A stretch of DNA of 61,999 bases from an uncultured Azospirillum sp. GTDB taxonomy: Bacteria > Pseudomonadota > Alphaproteobacteria > RF32 > CAG-239. How positions within the stretch are numbered: the stretch's first letter is position 1; the number at the start of each line of letters is the position of its first letter. The notes beneath the pieces are model-generated. The model did no database searches. It was not told the DNA's origin and was given only the letters and a program-made list of their open reading frames with translations. The position numbers were made by a program, and so were the translations under genes. This document shows positions 9,401 to 17,847 of the stretch, piece after piece. Location: NCBI GenBank assembly GCA_900542055.1, contig UQMA01000005.1, positions 1 through 61,999 of the forward strand, given 5' to 3'.

Positions 9401-10003
9401 ATGATTTATGGTTATATAAGAATTAGCACAGATAAACAAAGTGCTGAAAATCAACGTTTTGAAATCAAACGATTTGCGTCGCAAAACAGCATTATTATAG
9501 ATTACTGGATAGCCGAAACCATCAGTTCCACAAAAAATTTACAAAAAAGAAAGCTGGGCGCCCTGTTGGTTAAATTACAAAAAGGAGACATTTTAGTTGC
9601 CAGCGAACTTTCACGTTTGGGACGCAACCTGTTGCAAGTAATGGGGATATTGGCTGAATGTATGAATCGCGAATGTCAGGTCTGGACTATCAAGGATAAT
9701 TATCGTTTGGGATCTGACATTCAGTCAAAAGTTTTAGCTTTTGCCTTTTCATTGTCTGCCGAAATCGAGCGCGCGCTTATATCCTCGCGCACCAAAGAAG
9801 CTTTGGCTCGAATCAAATCCGAAGGCAAAAAGCTCGGACGGCCGCATGGCAGTAAAAGCAAAGGTATATTAAACGATAAAGAAAATCAGATAAAAGAAAT
9901 GATTGGCAGCGGAAATTCTGTTGCAGAAATCGCCAAACACTGCAAATGCAATCGCTTGACGGTCTATCGTTTTCTTGAACAAAAAGATTCTTATCTAAAT
10001 TAA
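9401..10003 (+). CDS. small serine recombinase (resolvase/invertase family) with C-terminal HTH
   Basis: MIYGYIRISTDKQS catalytic-Ser motif, SRLGRN, and C-terminal SVAEIAKHCKCNRLTVYRFL helix-turn-helix. Confidence 0.85.
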   Translation: MIYGYIRISTDKQSAENQRFEIKRFASQNSIIIDYWIAETISSTKNLQKRKLGALLVKLQKGDILVASELSRLGRNLLQVMGILAECMNRECQVWTIKDNYRLGSDIQSKVLAFAFSLSAEIERALISSRTKEALARIKSEGKKLGRPHGSKSKGILNDKENQIKEMIGSGNSVAEIAKHCKCNRLTVYRFLEQKDSYLN

Positions 10004-10068
10004 AGCCTTGCTCAAATCCCCGATTATTCGGGGATTTGATATCACAAAAAAATATTGCAAAAAAACTA

Positions 10069-10099
10069 TTGACTTAGAGTTAACTCTCACATTTATGAT
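10069..10099 (+). promoter_or_regulatory. promoter-like element with 19-bp spacer containing a 12-bp palindrome (MerR-type architecture)
   Basis: TTGACT (10069..10074), 19-nt spacer, TATGAT (10094..10099). Perfect palindrome AGAGTTAACTCT at 10076..10087. Confidence 0.3.
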
Positions 10100-10130
10100 T
10101 ACTTATCAGAATCGAAAAAAGGAGTATTAA

Positions 10131-11261
10131 ATGATAAGTTGCGCTATTATCACGTCATTACTGGGCTGTTTTATAACTTTGTTTTTATTTGCAAGACACA
10201 TCTATTTTCTGGAGCTGCCTTTTTGGGCCGACATTTGCTGTATTGCCGCTATGCTGATAATAGGATGTTTTCCTCTGTTGTCCGAATATAATTTCGAAAA
10301 ATTTTTAGGAGCGGCATATCCTATTTATCGATATACTTTATACTTTGTTTTTGTGGGAAGCATTATCTTTTTCACATTGACTATAATAAGCGATGTATTT
10401 GCTTTTGCTTCATTAAAAATGGGATTAATCAAAAATATGCCGACAGGCATTTACAGTCTTTGCATTTTGGCTGTTTCTGCTTTATGCAGCTTTTATGCAC
10501 TATACGCCGGTATAAAAATTCCAGATGTTAAAAGCATAAATTTATATTCAGATAAAATAACCGAAGCAAAAAAAATAGTATTGCTCAGCGATATTCATAT
10601 CCACCGCGTTATAAATCCAGAAAAAGTTAAAGGAATTGTCGATGCAGCCAATAAATTAAATTCCGACATCATTTTACTGGATGGAGACATCATTGACGAC
10701 GATGTTGAAAAAGTGCACAATATCAGTTTGCTGTTACAAGAATTAAAGGCAAAAGAAGGAATATATTTTGTAACCGGAAATCATGAATTTTACGCAGGTT
10801 ACAAACAATCCGTGCAGGAATTGAAAAGTTTTGGATTTAAATTTTTGGAAAATGACGGCGTATCTCTCGGAAATATTTATTTAGCCGGTATTCCAGATGT
10901 TTTTTCAGGAGCAAATTTCGGGCGGACAGCAAATATTGAAAAGGCTTTTGCCTTTGCCGACAACAACCAATTCAAAATCTTGATGTCGCATACCCCGACT
11001 GATTTTCATGCCGGCAATAATTTTGATTTGGAACTATCAGGACATACTCATGGCGGTCAGATTTTCCCTTTTCATATCCTAACCAAAATTCACAACAAAT
11101 ATTTGGCAGGCATGTATGATATGGAAAATGACGCTAAAATCTATGTTACCAGCGGTTCTGGACAATGGGGACCGCAAATGCGTTTTTTGGCCCCTTCTGA
11201 AATTACATTAATTAATATTTTACCTGAAGGAAATAAAAAAACTGATGCCGAATATAAATAA
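10131..11261 (+). CDS. membrane-anchored metallophosphoesterase (calcineurin-like)
   Basis: Four N-terminal TM helices. Then LSDIHIH, GDIIDD, GNHE and GHTHGGQ metallophosphatase motifs. Confidence 0.85.
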   Translation: MISCAIITSLLGCFITLFLFARHIYFLELPFWADICCIAAMLIIGCFPLLSEYNFEKFLGAAYPIYRYTLYFVFVGSIIFFTLTIISDVFAFASLKMGLIKNMPTGIYSLCILAVSALCSFYALYAGIKIPDVKSINLYSDKITEAKKIVLLSDIHIHRVINPEKVKGIVDAANKLNSDIILLDGDIIDDDVEKVHNISLLLQELKAKEGIYFVTGNHEFYAGYKQSVQELKSFGFKFLENDGVSLGNIYLAGIPDVFSGANFGRTANIEKAFAFADNNQFKILMSHTPTDFHAGNNFDLELSGHTHGGQIFPFHILTKIHNKYLAGMYDMENDAKIYVTSGSGQWGPQMRFLAPSEITLINILPEGNKKTDAEYK

Positions 11262-11270
11262 GTAACTTTT

Positions 11271-11298
11271 AAGCCCTGTTTTTGACAGGGCTTTTTTT
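11271..11298 (+). terminator. Rho-independent terminator
   Basis: AAGCCCTGT-ttttg-ACAGGGCTT followed by a T-run. Confidence 0.8.
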
Positions 11299-11513
11299 AA
11301 ACCTTTTTCAGATTATATTCTAAGAAGGCAATTTATTTACATTTTTTAACAAACGGCTTGATATTCCTGCATATATAGATATCGGATTAATCATATCCGG
11401 AGTTTTAATCGTTAATATTTTTCTCAAACAGTCAAAAACCAGAGTAATAATTCTGATTTTAGCAAGTTGACAAAGCAATGTATTTTGTTTAACATAGTTT
11501 ATCGTTTATCAAG

Positions 11514-12389
11514 GTGTTTCAAAGTATGACAAGTGTTTATTATATCGCCGTTTGGCCGATTGTTCAATTATTGCATAAAATCAGATTTGTAAAAGAAAAT
11601 ACATACAAAGATATGCGCAAAAAATATTATTGCAGCAAAATGACTTTATTTGCGGCTGTACACAATTTTTTAGCCCGCGGAAAAGTCAAACGCTATTTCA
11701 ACTTGCATACAAAAAACTCAAAAATGGTTATTTATACCTGTCTGACCGGCGGTTATGACGCTTTGCTTATTCCAGATTTTATCAATTCGGAATGTGATTA
11801 TATTTGTTTCACTGATGATAAAGAACTTATTGCAAAAGGCTATTTCGGACCTTGGAAAATAGAACCGCTGCATTTTTCGGAATTGAACAACAGCAAAAAC
11901 AATCGTTGGCACAAAATGCACCCTCACCTTTTGTTTCCTGATTATCAAAACAGCCTTTATATAGATTCTAATGTTAATTTCCGCACCGGAAAAGTGTTTG
12001 AATATATTCGTTCGGTTCCCAAAAAATGCTTTATTGCCGTTCCTCGCCACGCTTGTCGGGATTGTATATATGAAGAAGCTGATTTTGTTGTAAGCCATAA
12101 TATTGACACGGCTGAAAATGTTAATCCGCTGATTGAAAAATATCATAATGAAAACTTTCCAGAACATTTCGGTATGGGAGAAAACAATGTTATTTTTCGC
12201 CGTCATCACAATTCCCGCTGTGTCCAGTTAATGGAAGAATGGTGGGACATATTTAACCGTTATTCAAAACGTGACCAACTAACTTTGTTTTATTTGTTTT
12301 GGAAAGAAAAAATAAATTTTGTTTTTTTCGGCCCTTATTCATTCAAAAAAGATCATAAAAATTTCAGAATTTATAAACATAAAGGATAA
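11514..12389 (+). CDS. DUF616-type glycosyltransferase-like protein (start uncertain)
   Basis: MVIYTCLTGGYDALL...CFTDD...NRWHKMHPHLLFP...YIDSN resembles DUF616/TOD1-like surface-polysaccharide enzymes. GTG at 11514; alternative ATG at 11526. Confidence 0.6.
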   Translation: MFQSMTSVYYIAVWPIVQLLHKIRFVKENTYKDMRKKYYCSKMTLFAAVHNFLARGKVKRYFNLHTKNSKMVIYTCLTGGYDALLIPDFINSECDYICFTDDKELIAKGYFGPWKIEPLHFSELNNSKNNRWHKMHPHLLFPDYQNSLYIDSNVNFRTGKVFEYIRSVPKKCFIAVPRHACRDCIYEEADFVVSHNIDTAENVNPLIEKYHNENFPEHFGMGENNVIFRRHHNSRCVQLMEEWWDIFNRYSKRDQLTLFYLFWKEKINFVFFGPYSFKKDHKNFRIYKHKG

Positions 12390-12392
12390 TCC

Positions 12393-13340
12393 ATGAAAAT
12401 TTTAATTACCGGAGGAGCCGGTTTTATAGGGTCAAGTTTGGCCGATTCTTTATTGAACGAAGGCAACGATATTGTCGTTGTTGATAATTTTAACGACTAT
12501 TATGCTTATGAAATCAAAGAAGCTAATGTAAAACATAATTTAGACAATCCTCATTACCATCTTTATAAAATTGATTTGACAGACAAAAATGCTCTTAAAA
12601 ACGTTTTTGCCGAAAATAACTTTGATACAGTTGTTCATTTGGCCGGAAGAGCCGGCGTTCGTCCTTCTATTGAGCGGCCTGAAGATTATGTCGAATCTAA
12701 CATACTCGCTACAATTCATATTTTGGAATTGATGAAAGATTTTAATGTAAAAAAATTGGTTTTTGCCTCATCTTCATCTGTTTATGGAAACTGCAAAGCT
12801 CAAATTTTCAGCGAAGATCTAAAAGTTACTGAACCGATTTCACAATATGCCGCCACAAAATCAGCTTGCGAACAATTTTGTTACACTTACCACAAACTTT
12901 ACAACATGAATATTGTCTGCTTGAGATTTTTTACCGTATACGGACCTCGGCAAAGACCTGATTTGGCCATTCATAAATTCACCGATTTAATCAGCAAACA
13001 CCAACCCATTCCTGTTTTTGGAGATGGAACAACCAAAAGAGATTATACTTACATTGACGATATAATTTCAGGTGTCAAAGCCGCTATTGCATACAATAAA
13101 ACCCCTTATGAAATTATAAATTTGGGCGGCGGAGAACCGGTAAGCCTTTCGCAAATGATAAAAACAATCGAAACAACCTTAGGCGAAAAAGCTATAATCG
13201 ACCGTAAACCAATGCAAAAAGGCGATGTTGACAAAACTGTTTCTGATATAAGCAAAGCACAGCGCTTGTTGGGATACAATCCGCAAACACGTTTTTCAGA
13301 CGGTATTGCAAAATTTATAAAATGGTGGAAAAACAAATAA
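12393..13340 (+). CDS. NAD-dependent nucleotide-sugar epimerase/dehydratase (UDP-glucuronate 4-epimerase-like)
   Basis: GGAGFIGS Rossmann motif, SSSSVYG, YAATKSACE (YxxxK). Lies 3 nt after the preceding gene. Confidence 0.85.
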   Translation: MKILITGGAGFIGSSLADSLLNEGNDIVVVDNFNDYYAYEIKEANVKHNLDNPHYHLYKIDLTDKNALKNVFAENNFDTVVHLAGRAGVRPSIERPEDYVESNILATIHILELMKDFNVKKLVFASSSSVYGNCKAQIFSEDLKVTEPISQYAATKSACEQFCYTYHKLYNMNIVCLRFFTVYGPRQRPDLAIHKFTDLISKHQPIPVFGDGTTKRDYTYIDDIISGVKAAIAYNKTPYEIINLGGGEPVSLSQMIKTIETTLGEKAIIDRKPMQKGDVDKTVSDISKAQRLLGYNPQTRFSDGIAKFIKWWKNK

Positions 13341-13482
13341 TCTCTACCGATATTATCCCTGCGCAATTCAAAAACTGCCTTGTTTTTTAAAGACAGTTTT
13401 TTTTATTATTTATATTTGCAAAATAAAAATTAAATGCTATAATTAGACAAAATATGCAGAAAAGTTTAAAGAGGCAAAAAAA

Positions 13483-14514
13483 ATGGCTGATCGTGAAGAT
13501 GTAAAACGGAAAATAAGTTTGATAAAAGGAGAAAGGGCTGTCAAAAAAGCCGCTGTTATTGCCGGTATCGGTTTATTCTCGCTTTTTCCTAAATTTGCTA
13601 ATGCGCAAACACAGTCAAAAACTGCCAATACATTTAAAACAGAACAAACTGTCGGCAAAAAAAACGCACAGCAAGCTGCAAATAACAAAAAGAGCAATAC
13701 TGCCGATAACGAAACCGGTTTGAAAGCTGCGGCGGCAGAATTGGCTGGAAACGCTGATTTTATGGCTAATTTTCTACTTGAAGAAGGCGAAAATATTGCC
13801 AAAAACTTTGATATGAAAGATTTTGATTTAACAGCTGAGATGACTAAAGGAATTGAAAACGGAAGCAGCTGCGAAGATTTAAACAGATTTGCCTTGAGCT
13901 CCAAGACAGGAAATCCCGACGGTCACCATTGTTATCGCGGAACGAAAGATATATTAAAGAATGTTGGTATAAATTTGTCGGGCGAAAATGCTTATGAAGC
14001 CGTTGGACAATTACGCGCTCTGCCTCAATTTACCGAAATCAAATGCGACTATGATATGCTGCCGTATGTTCCAAAAGGCTCTGTTGTTGTCCAAGGCAAA
14101 GGAAACACTAAGAGCGGGCATATTTTTGTTGTAAGTCAAGACACAAACGGAAACAAATTTCAACGTTGCGGCAGAACTTATCCTTTGCCGAAAAGCAACC
14201 TTCGCAATCGGCGCAGCGGACAAAGATATGGCGGGCTTTATGTTTTTATTCCATCAGACTGCAAATTGGATTTTGAAACGACATTAAATCTCTATAGAGA
14301 AGGAAATTTCAATATTTCGGCAGAAGATATGATATACCAAAGACTCAAAGATGATAAAGGCGATAAAGAAACTGAAGCAAATAAAAACGACAGCCATACA
14401 AAAAATCCAAATGATAAAAATGTGAAAAAACAAGAAAACCAGCATACTGCGACATTGGGAGCAAATGATTTTCTGCGCATAAAAAATAATATTGACCGAG
14501 GTTATAACGGCTGA
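13483..14514 (+). CDS. secreted protein with papain-like (NlpC/P60- or CHAP-like) Cys/His signature
   Basis: Charged N-region plus hydrophobic segment ending FANAQT. Candidate nucleophile GHHCYRGTKD (C150) and GNTKSGHIFVV (H213). Lys/Asn-rich tail. Confidence 0.5.
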   Translation: MADREDVKRKISLIKGERAVKKAAVIAGIGLFSLFPKFANAQTQSKTANTFKTEQTVGKKNAQQAANNKKSNTADNETGLKAAAAELAGNADFMANFLLEEGENIAKNFDMKDFDLTAEMTKGIENGSSCEDLNRFALSSKTGNPDGHHCYRGTKDILKNVGINLSGENAYEAVGQLRALPQFTEIKCDYDMLPYVPKGSVVVQGKGNTKSGHIFVVSQDTNGNKFQRCGRTYPLPKSNLRNRRSGQRYGGLYVFIPSDCKLDFETTLNLYREGNFNISAEDMIYQRLKDDKGDKETEANKNDSHTKNPNDKNVKKQENQHTATLGANDFLRIKNNIDRGYNG

Positions 14515-14590
14515 TTTCCACTATTTACAAACACTCAGAGTTATTATATAAATAATTTAAGAGTAAGAGTTATTTGAGGAGTGTTATTAC

Positions 14591-15301
14591 ATGAACAAGA
14601 TTTTTAATTATATTAAAGCCGGCCGCGGTATCGGCGCAAAATTTTTATTGATTTATGCTTTTATCGTGGCGATTGTATACGCATCATCTGTTAAAATTAT
14701 GGGAAATGAAATTGTTCCCGTATTACAGAATGCAGCAGATCAACTGCTGCCGATTAAAATCGAAAACGGAACAATAGTTGAGCCGGCGGACACAATAAAA
14801 TCCGTTCGTCTTGCGTTACCGGATGTTAACTTTCCTTTTATCTTAGATACAACCGTTGACAATATTGATACTACCGGTTTGAAAGACGGTATTTATATTT
14901 CGAAAAAAGCAATATATTTTGTAAATAAAAAACAGACCAAATCTTATAATTTTGAAGATTCCGTAACTCTTGATAAAGCTGATTATACGGATATGTTCAG
15001 AAAATTTGCCACTTATATTTCTGTGATTTGCGGAATTTTTGCCTTTATCTTTTTATATATTCTTTATTTGGCATTCACTTGCTTTTATGCTCTTTTTGCA
15101 ATGGCTTTTGCCAAAATGTTTAAGGTTTCGCTGGATTATGCAGCAAGTATGCGTTTGAGCGCAGTATCTTATATTGCGACTTCAGCTGTTTCATTGTTAT
15201 TAACATTTGCAGGATTAAGCACAGGAATAAGAGTTTTCTTTGTTTCCATTTTAATTTTGCAGATTATCATCGTTAAAATTCTAAAAACAAACAAAGCTTA
15301 G
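14591..15301 (+). CDS. polytopic membrane protein, DUF1189-like
   Basis: N-terminal TM, about 90-aa loop, then 3-4 C-terminal TM helices. The layout resembles the DUF1189/YvdJ family (weak call). Confidence 0.45.
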   Translation: MNKIFNYIKAGRGIGAKFLLIYAFIVAIVYASSVKIMGNEIVPVLQNAADQLLPIKIENGTIVEPADTIKSVRLALPDVNFPFILDTTVDNIDTTGLKDGIYISKKAIYFVNKKQTKSYNFEDSVTLDKADYTDMFRKFATYISVICGIFAFIFLYILYLAFTCFYALFAMAFAKMFKVSLDYAASMRLSAVSYIATSAVSLLLTFAGLSTGIRVFFVSILILQIIIVKILKTNKA

Positions 15302-15309
15302 TCTTTAAC

Positions 15310-15345
15310 AAAAAAACAGCCTTAATTTTTAAGGCTGTTTTTTTG
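15310..15345. terminator. bidirectional terminator
   Basis: ACAGCCTTA-attttt-TAAGGCTGT flanked by A7 and T7. Confidence 0.8.
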
Positions 15346-15354
15346 TTAATTTTT

Positions 15355-15897
15355 TTATTTATCATAAACCGATATTTTAATTTGAGGAACATAGAACCCC
15401 TCGACAATTGAAAATACGCCGCACATTATCCAATAGAATCCCATAATTGTTGTTATTGTCAAAACTCCAACCATCGGATAAATAAAAATCAGCAAAGAAA
15501 ATACAATTCCCAAAATTCCGACAATAATCCCAGATTTCCATAAAAAATTATATTTTCTATTTTTCCATGACATTGTTGCCTGTATTATACCGACAATCAA
15601 AGTCCAAACCGCCAATATCGCAGGCAAGGCCGCCATAGTAAAATTAAGATTAAAAGCTAAAATAACTCCTATAAACACGTCTATTATACCAACAGACAAT
15701 TCCCATCCCAGTTCAAAAGAAAAAGAATTTATAATGTATCCGACTCCGACAATAATAAAAACTATTCCAATATAAAGCGCAAGCGCCGCCAAACTGGCTA
15801 ACGGATTAAATAATACAAAAATTCCGGTTATGACCATCATAATCCCGACGAACCATCGCCAAAAATCGGCTCTGTTCCACATATTTTTTATAAACAT
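15355..15897 (-). CDS. hdeD: HdeD/DUF308 family membrane protein
   Basis: ORF to 15921 (GTG). ATG at 15897 follows GGGAG. WRWFVGIMMVITGIFVLFNPLASL and repeated DUF308-like TM pairs. Confidence 0.7.
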   Translation of the reverse strand: MFIKNMWNRADFWRWFVGIMMVITGIFVLFNPLASLAALALYIGIVFIIVGVGYIINSFSFELGWELSVGIIDVFIGVILAFNLNFTMAALPAILAVWTLIVGIIQATMSWKNRKYNFLWKSGIIVGILGIVFSLLIFIYPMVGVLTITTIMGFYWIMCGVFSIVEGFYVPQIKISVYDK

Positions 15898-16018
15898 ATA
15901 TTTTCTCCCATAAAAACACACTCAATATTTATATAGTTATAAAAAATATATTTTGTATAATTTTTAGGTTGATTTTAGACAAAAAAATACACTATAATCT
16001 TATAAAGGATGGTGTAAT

Positions 16019-17422
16019 ATGAACACGGATTATTCAAAATATGACAATGCTCCGCAACGTTCCGGAATGGGACGCAGAGAAGACCGGCCTTCGACCGGAG
16101 CACGTATTCATGAAATCAAACAAAAAATTTCCGGCAATCAAAATAATGCCTCAGCTAAATTTTCAATTTCAAATACAAAACGCGATGATTTTCTGCAAAA
16201 GCAGCAAGAAATAAGCGAACAATTTGACAAATTGTGGAACGCTTACCGCGCCTCGTTCAGTTTGGAAGATGAAAAAAAATTACAGGATTTTGCTCAAAAA
16301 TACCAAATAAAACTCTCGCTTAAACATGAAGTTACTAAAGATGAACGCAGTGAAATTGCCCGCATGGCATTTAATGGTACTGTGGAGCGCCCTCAATGCA
16401 AAACCTACCAATCAAACAAAAACAATACCGGTAATTCTTTCAGCCCCAAACCTAGGGAATATTCAGAAGAATACAGCAAAATTGTAACCAATCCTTTAGA
16501 ATATGCCAAGAATCCGCGTGCAAAAGAGGATTACAATTTAGATGACAACGGCTTATGGCATGTGATGAAACAATTTCCAGAATTTGAAGGCATAAAAGAC
16601 CGTATCACTTCCGGTTTGGCGCAAGCTGGTGTTCCCCCTGAAATTTTGCCGCAAATGAATCTGAATGATTTTAAACATTTTCTAACCACTCATTGCAGCG
16701 TTGGACAATCATCTTCTTTTGCCAAAATATTTCCACAGACCGATGAAAAAGGAAATATTGTGCGCGATTTTAGAACACAAAAAGCCTTAACAACTAGTGC
16801 TAAACAACGCAACACCATACGCTTTATCAATGAACATCCTGAATTTGCTGATTTAATGATGCGTATCCCTGGAGCTCGAAAAGATTATGTCGATGAATTA
16901 GTCAGACAAATGAAAAAAGGCAACACCGACATGACCTGCTTTTTAAAAAATCATCCCGAATGGAAAGACCAAACAGCCATCAATGTTCACCACATCATAA
17001 ATGTAAAAGATTGCCGTACTCTTGAAGAAAAAGGATTGCCGCTCAGCTATATAAATGACTATGACAATATGTGCATTATGGGGTGCGGAACTCTCGGCGA
17101 GGTTATGCAAAAGAGCTGTTCAAAAAATCAAAAACATACAAAACTTCCGGGAATTCATGGTGAAATGCACAATCATGATACAACGTTCCGTGACTCAAAA
17201 CTTTACCGTGCAAAATGGGGAGAATATACCAAACCAAAAGAAAATGATGTAATTGCCCGCATGGAACCAGCCCCCGGAGTTTGCTGTATGTTAGCTTTCG
17301 GCGATGAATATTGCATTGTCGATGAAAACAGAAAACAACGCCAAACAGAACTGCAAAAAGCACAAAAGCAGCAAAGTTCTTTTGTTCCTCATCCCAACGC
17401 GCCGGCAAAAACAATGGAGTAA
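16019..17422 (+). CDS. putative toxin: novel N-terminal region plus C-terminal HNH/EndoVII-fold (AHH-like) nuclease signature
   Basis: 467 aa with no signal peptide. C-terminus has INVHHIINV (HH codons at 16988..16993), YINDYDNMCIM and LPGIHGEMHNHD, i.e. an HH..N..N..HxxxH pattern. Confidence 0.5.
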   Translation: MNTDYSKYDNAPQRSGMGRREDRPSTGARIHEIKQKISGNQNNASAKFSISNTKRDDFLQKQQEISEQFDKLWNAYRASFSLEDEKKLQDFAQKYQIKLSLKHEVTKDERSEIARMAFNGTVERPQCKTYQSNKNNTGNSFSPKPREYSEEYSKIVTNPLEYAKNPRAKEDYNLDDNGLWHVMKQFPEFEGIKDRITSGLAQAGVPPEILPQMNLNDFKHFLTTHCSVGQSSSFAKIFPQTDEKGNIVRDFRTQKALTTSAKQRNTIRFINEHPEFADLMMRIPGARKDYVDELVRQMKKGNTDMTCFLKNHPEWKDQTAINVHHIINVKDCRTLEEKGLPLSYINDYDNMCIMGCGTLGEVMQKSCSKNQKHTKLPGIHGEMHNHDTTFRDSKLYRAKWGEYTKPKENDVIARMEPAPGVCCMLAFGDEYCIVDENRKQRQTELQKAQKQQSSFVPHPNAPAKTME

Positions 17423-17427
17423 TGTGA

Positions 17428-17847
17428 ATGAACCTTGAACACCTAATCCAAATTTTAGATAAAAATGAAGAAGTCGGAAAAAATGACAGTGATATTAATG
17501 ATGTGCAAATATCCGTTGCCAATATCAAATTACGCAAAAACGGCATTGCGCAAATTCCTGATGACTTTGCTAAACTTTTAAAAAAATATAACGGGCTATC
17601 ATGCGGAGGCAATACCATCTTCGGTATTAACACCGGCACCTCATTTTTTCCAGATCTCGTTGATTTTAATCTTAATATGCTTGCTGATGAAGATGTTTCG
17701 TGTGTTATTCTCGGACAAGACGATGATTTTTATCTTATCTATGACGAGGAAAAATTATGCTACCGAATTATTGACCAATCCGACTTTTTTGAAGAACTAA
17801 GCACCGATGATTTAACAACTGCAATAACTTGGATTTTAAAAATCTAA
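17428..17847 (+). CDS. SUKH/SMI1-KNR4-like putative immunity protein
   Basis: 139 aa, acidic. IPDDFAKLLKKYNGLSCGGNTIFGI resembles the SMI1/KNR4 core. Starts 5 nt after the toxin stop, with its own GGAG. Confidence 0.55.
   Translation: MNLEHLIQILDKNEEVGKNDSDINDVQISVANIKLRKNGIAQIPDDFAKLLKKYNGLSCGGNTIFGINTGTSFFPDLVDFNLNMLADEDVSCVILGQDDDFYLIYDEEKLCYRIIDQSDFFEELSTDDLTTAITWILKI

Noticed and set aside
10013-10038. Hairpin CAAATCCCCG-attatt-CGGGGATTTG after the recombinase gene as a canonical terminator
   Set aside because: It has no U-tract on either strand. It is mentioned only as a possible protein or recombination site within the recombinase finding.
13443-13904. 153-aa minus-strand ORF
   Set aside because: It is a low-complexity antisense shadow of the 5' part of 13483..14514, which has an RBS, a signal peptide and catalytic-type motifs.
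15948-15956. Extra copies of ATATTTTGT (also near 98) as partner sites for the serine recombinase
   Set aside because: A 9-mer of this composition is expected by chance in AT-rich spacers. The copies lack the paired half-site and spacer seen at 9271..9298.
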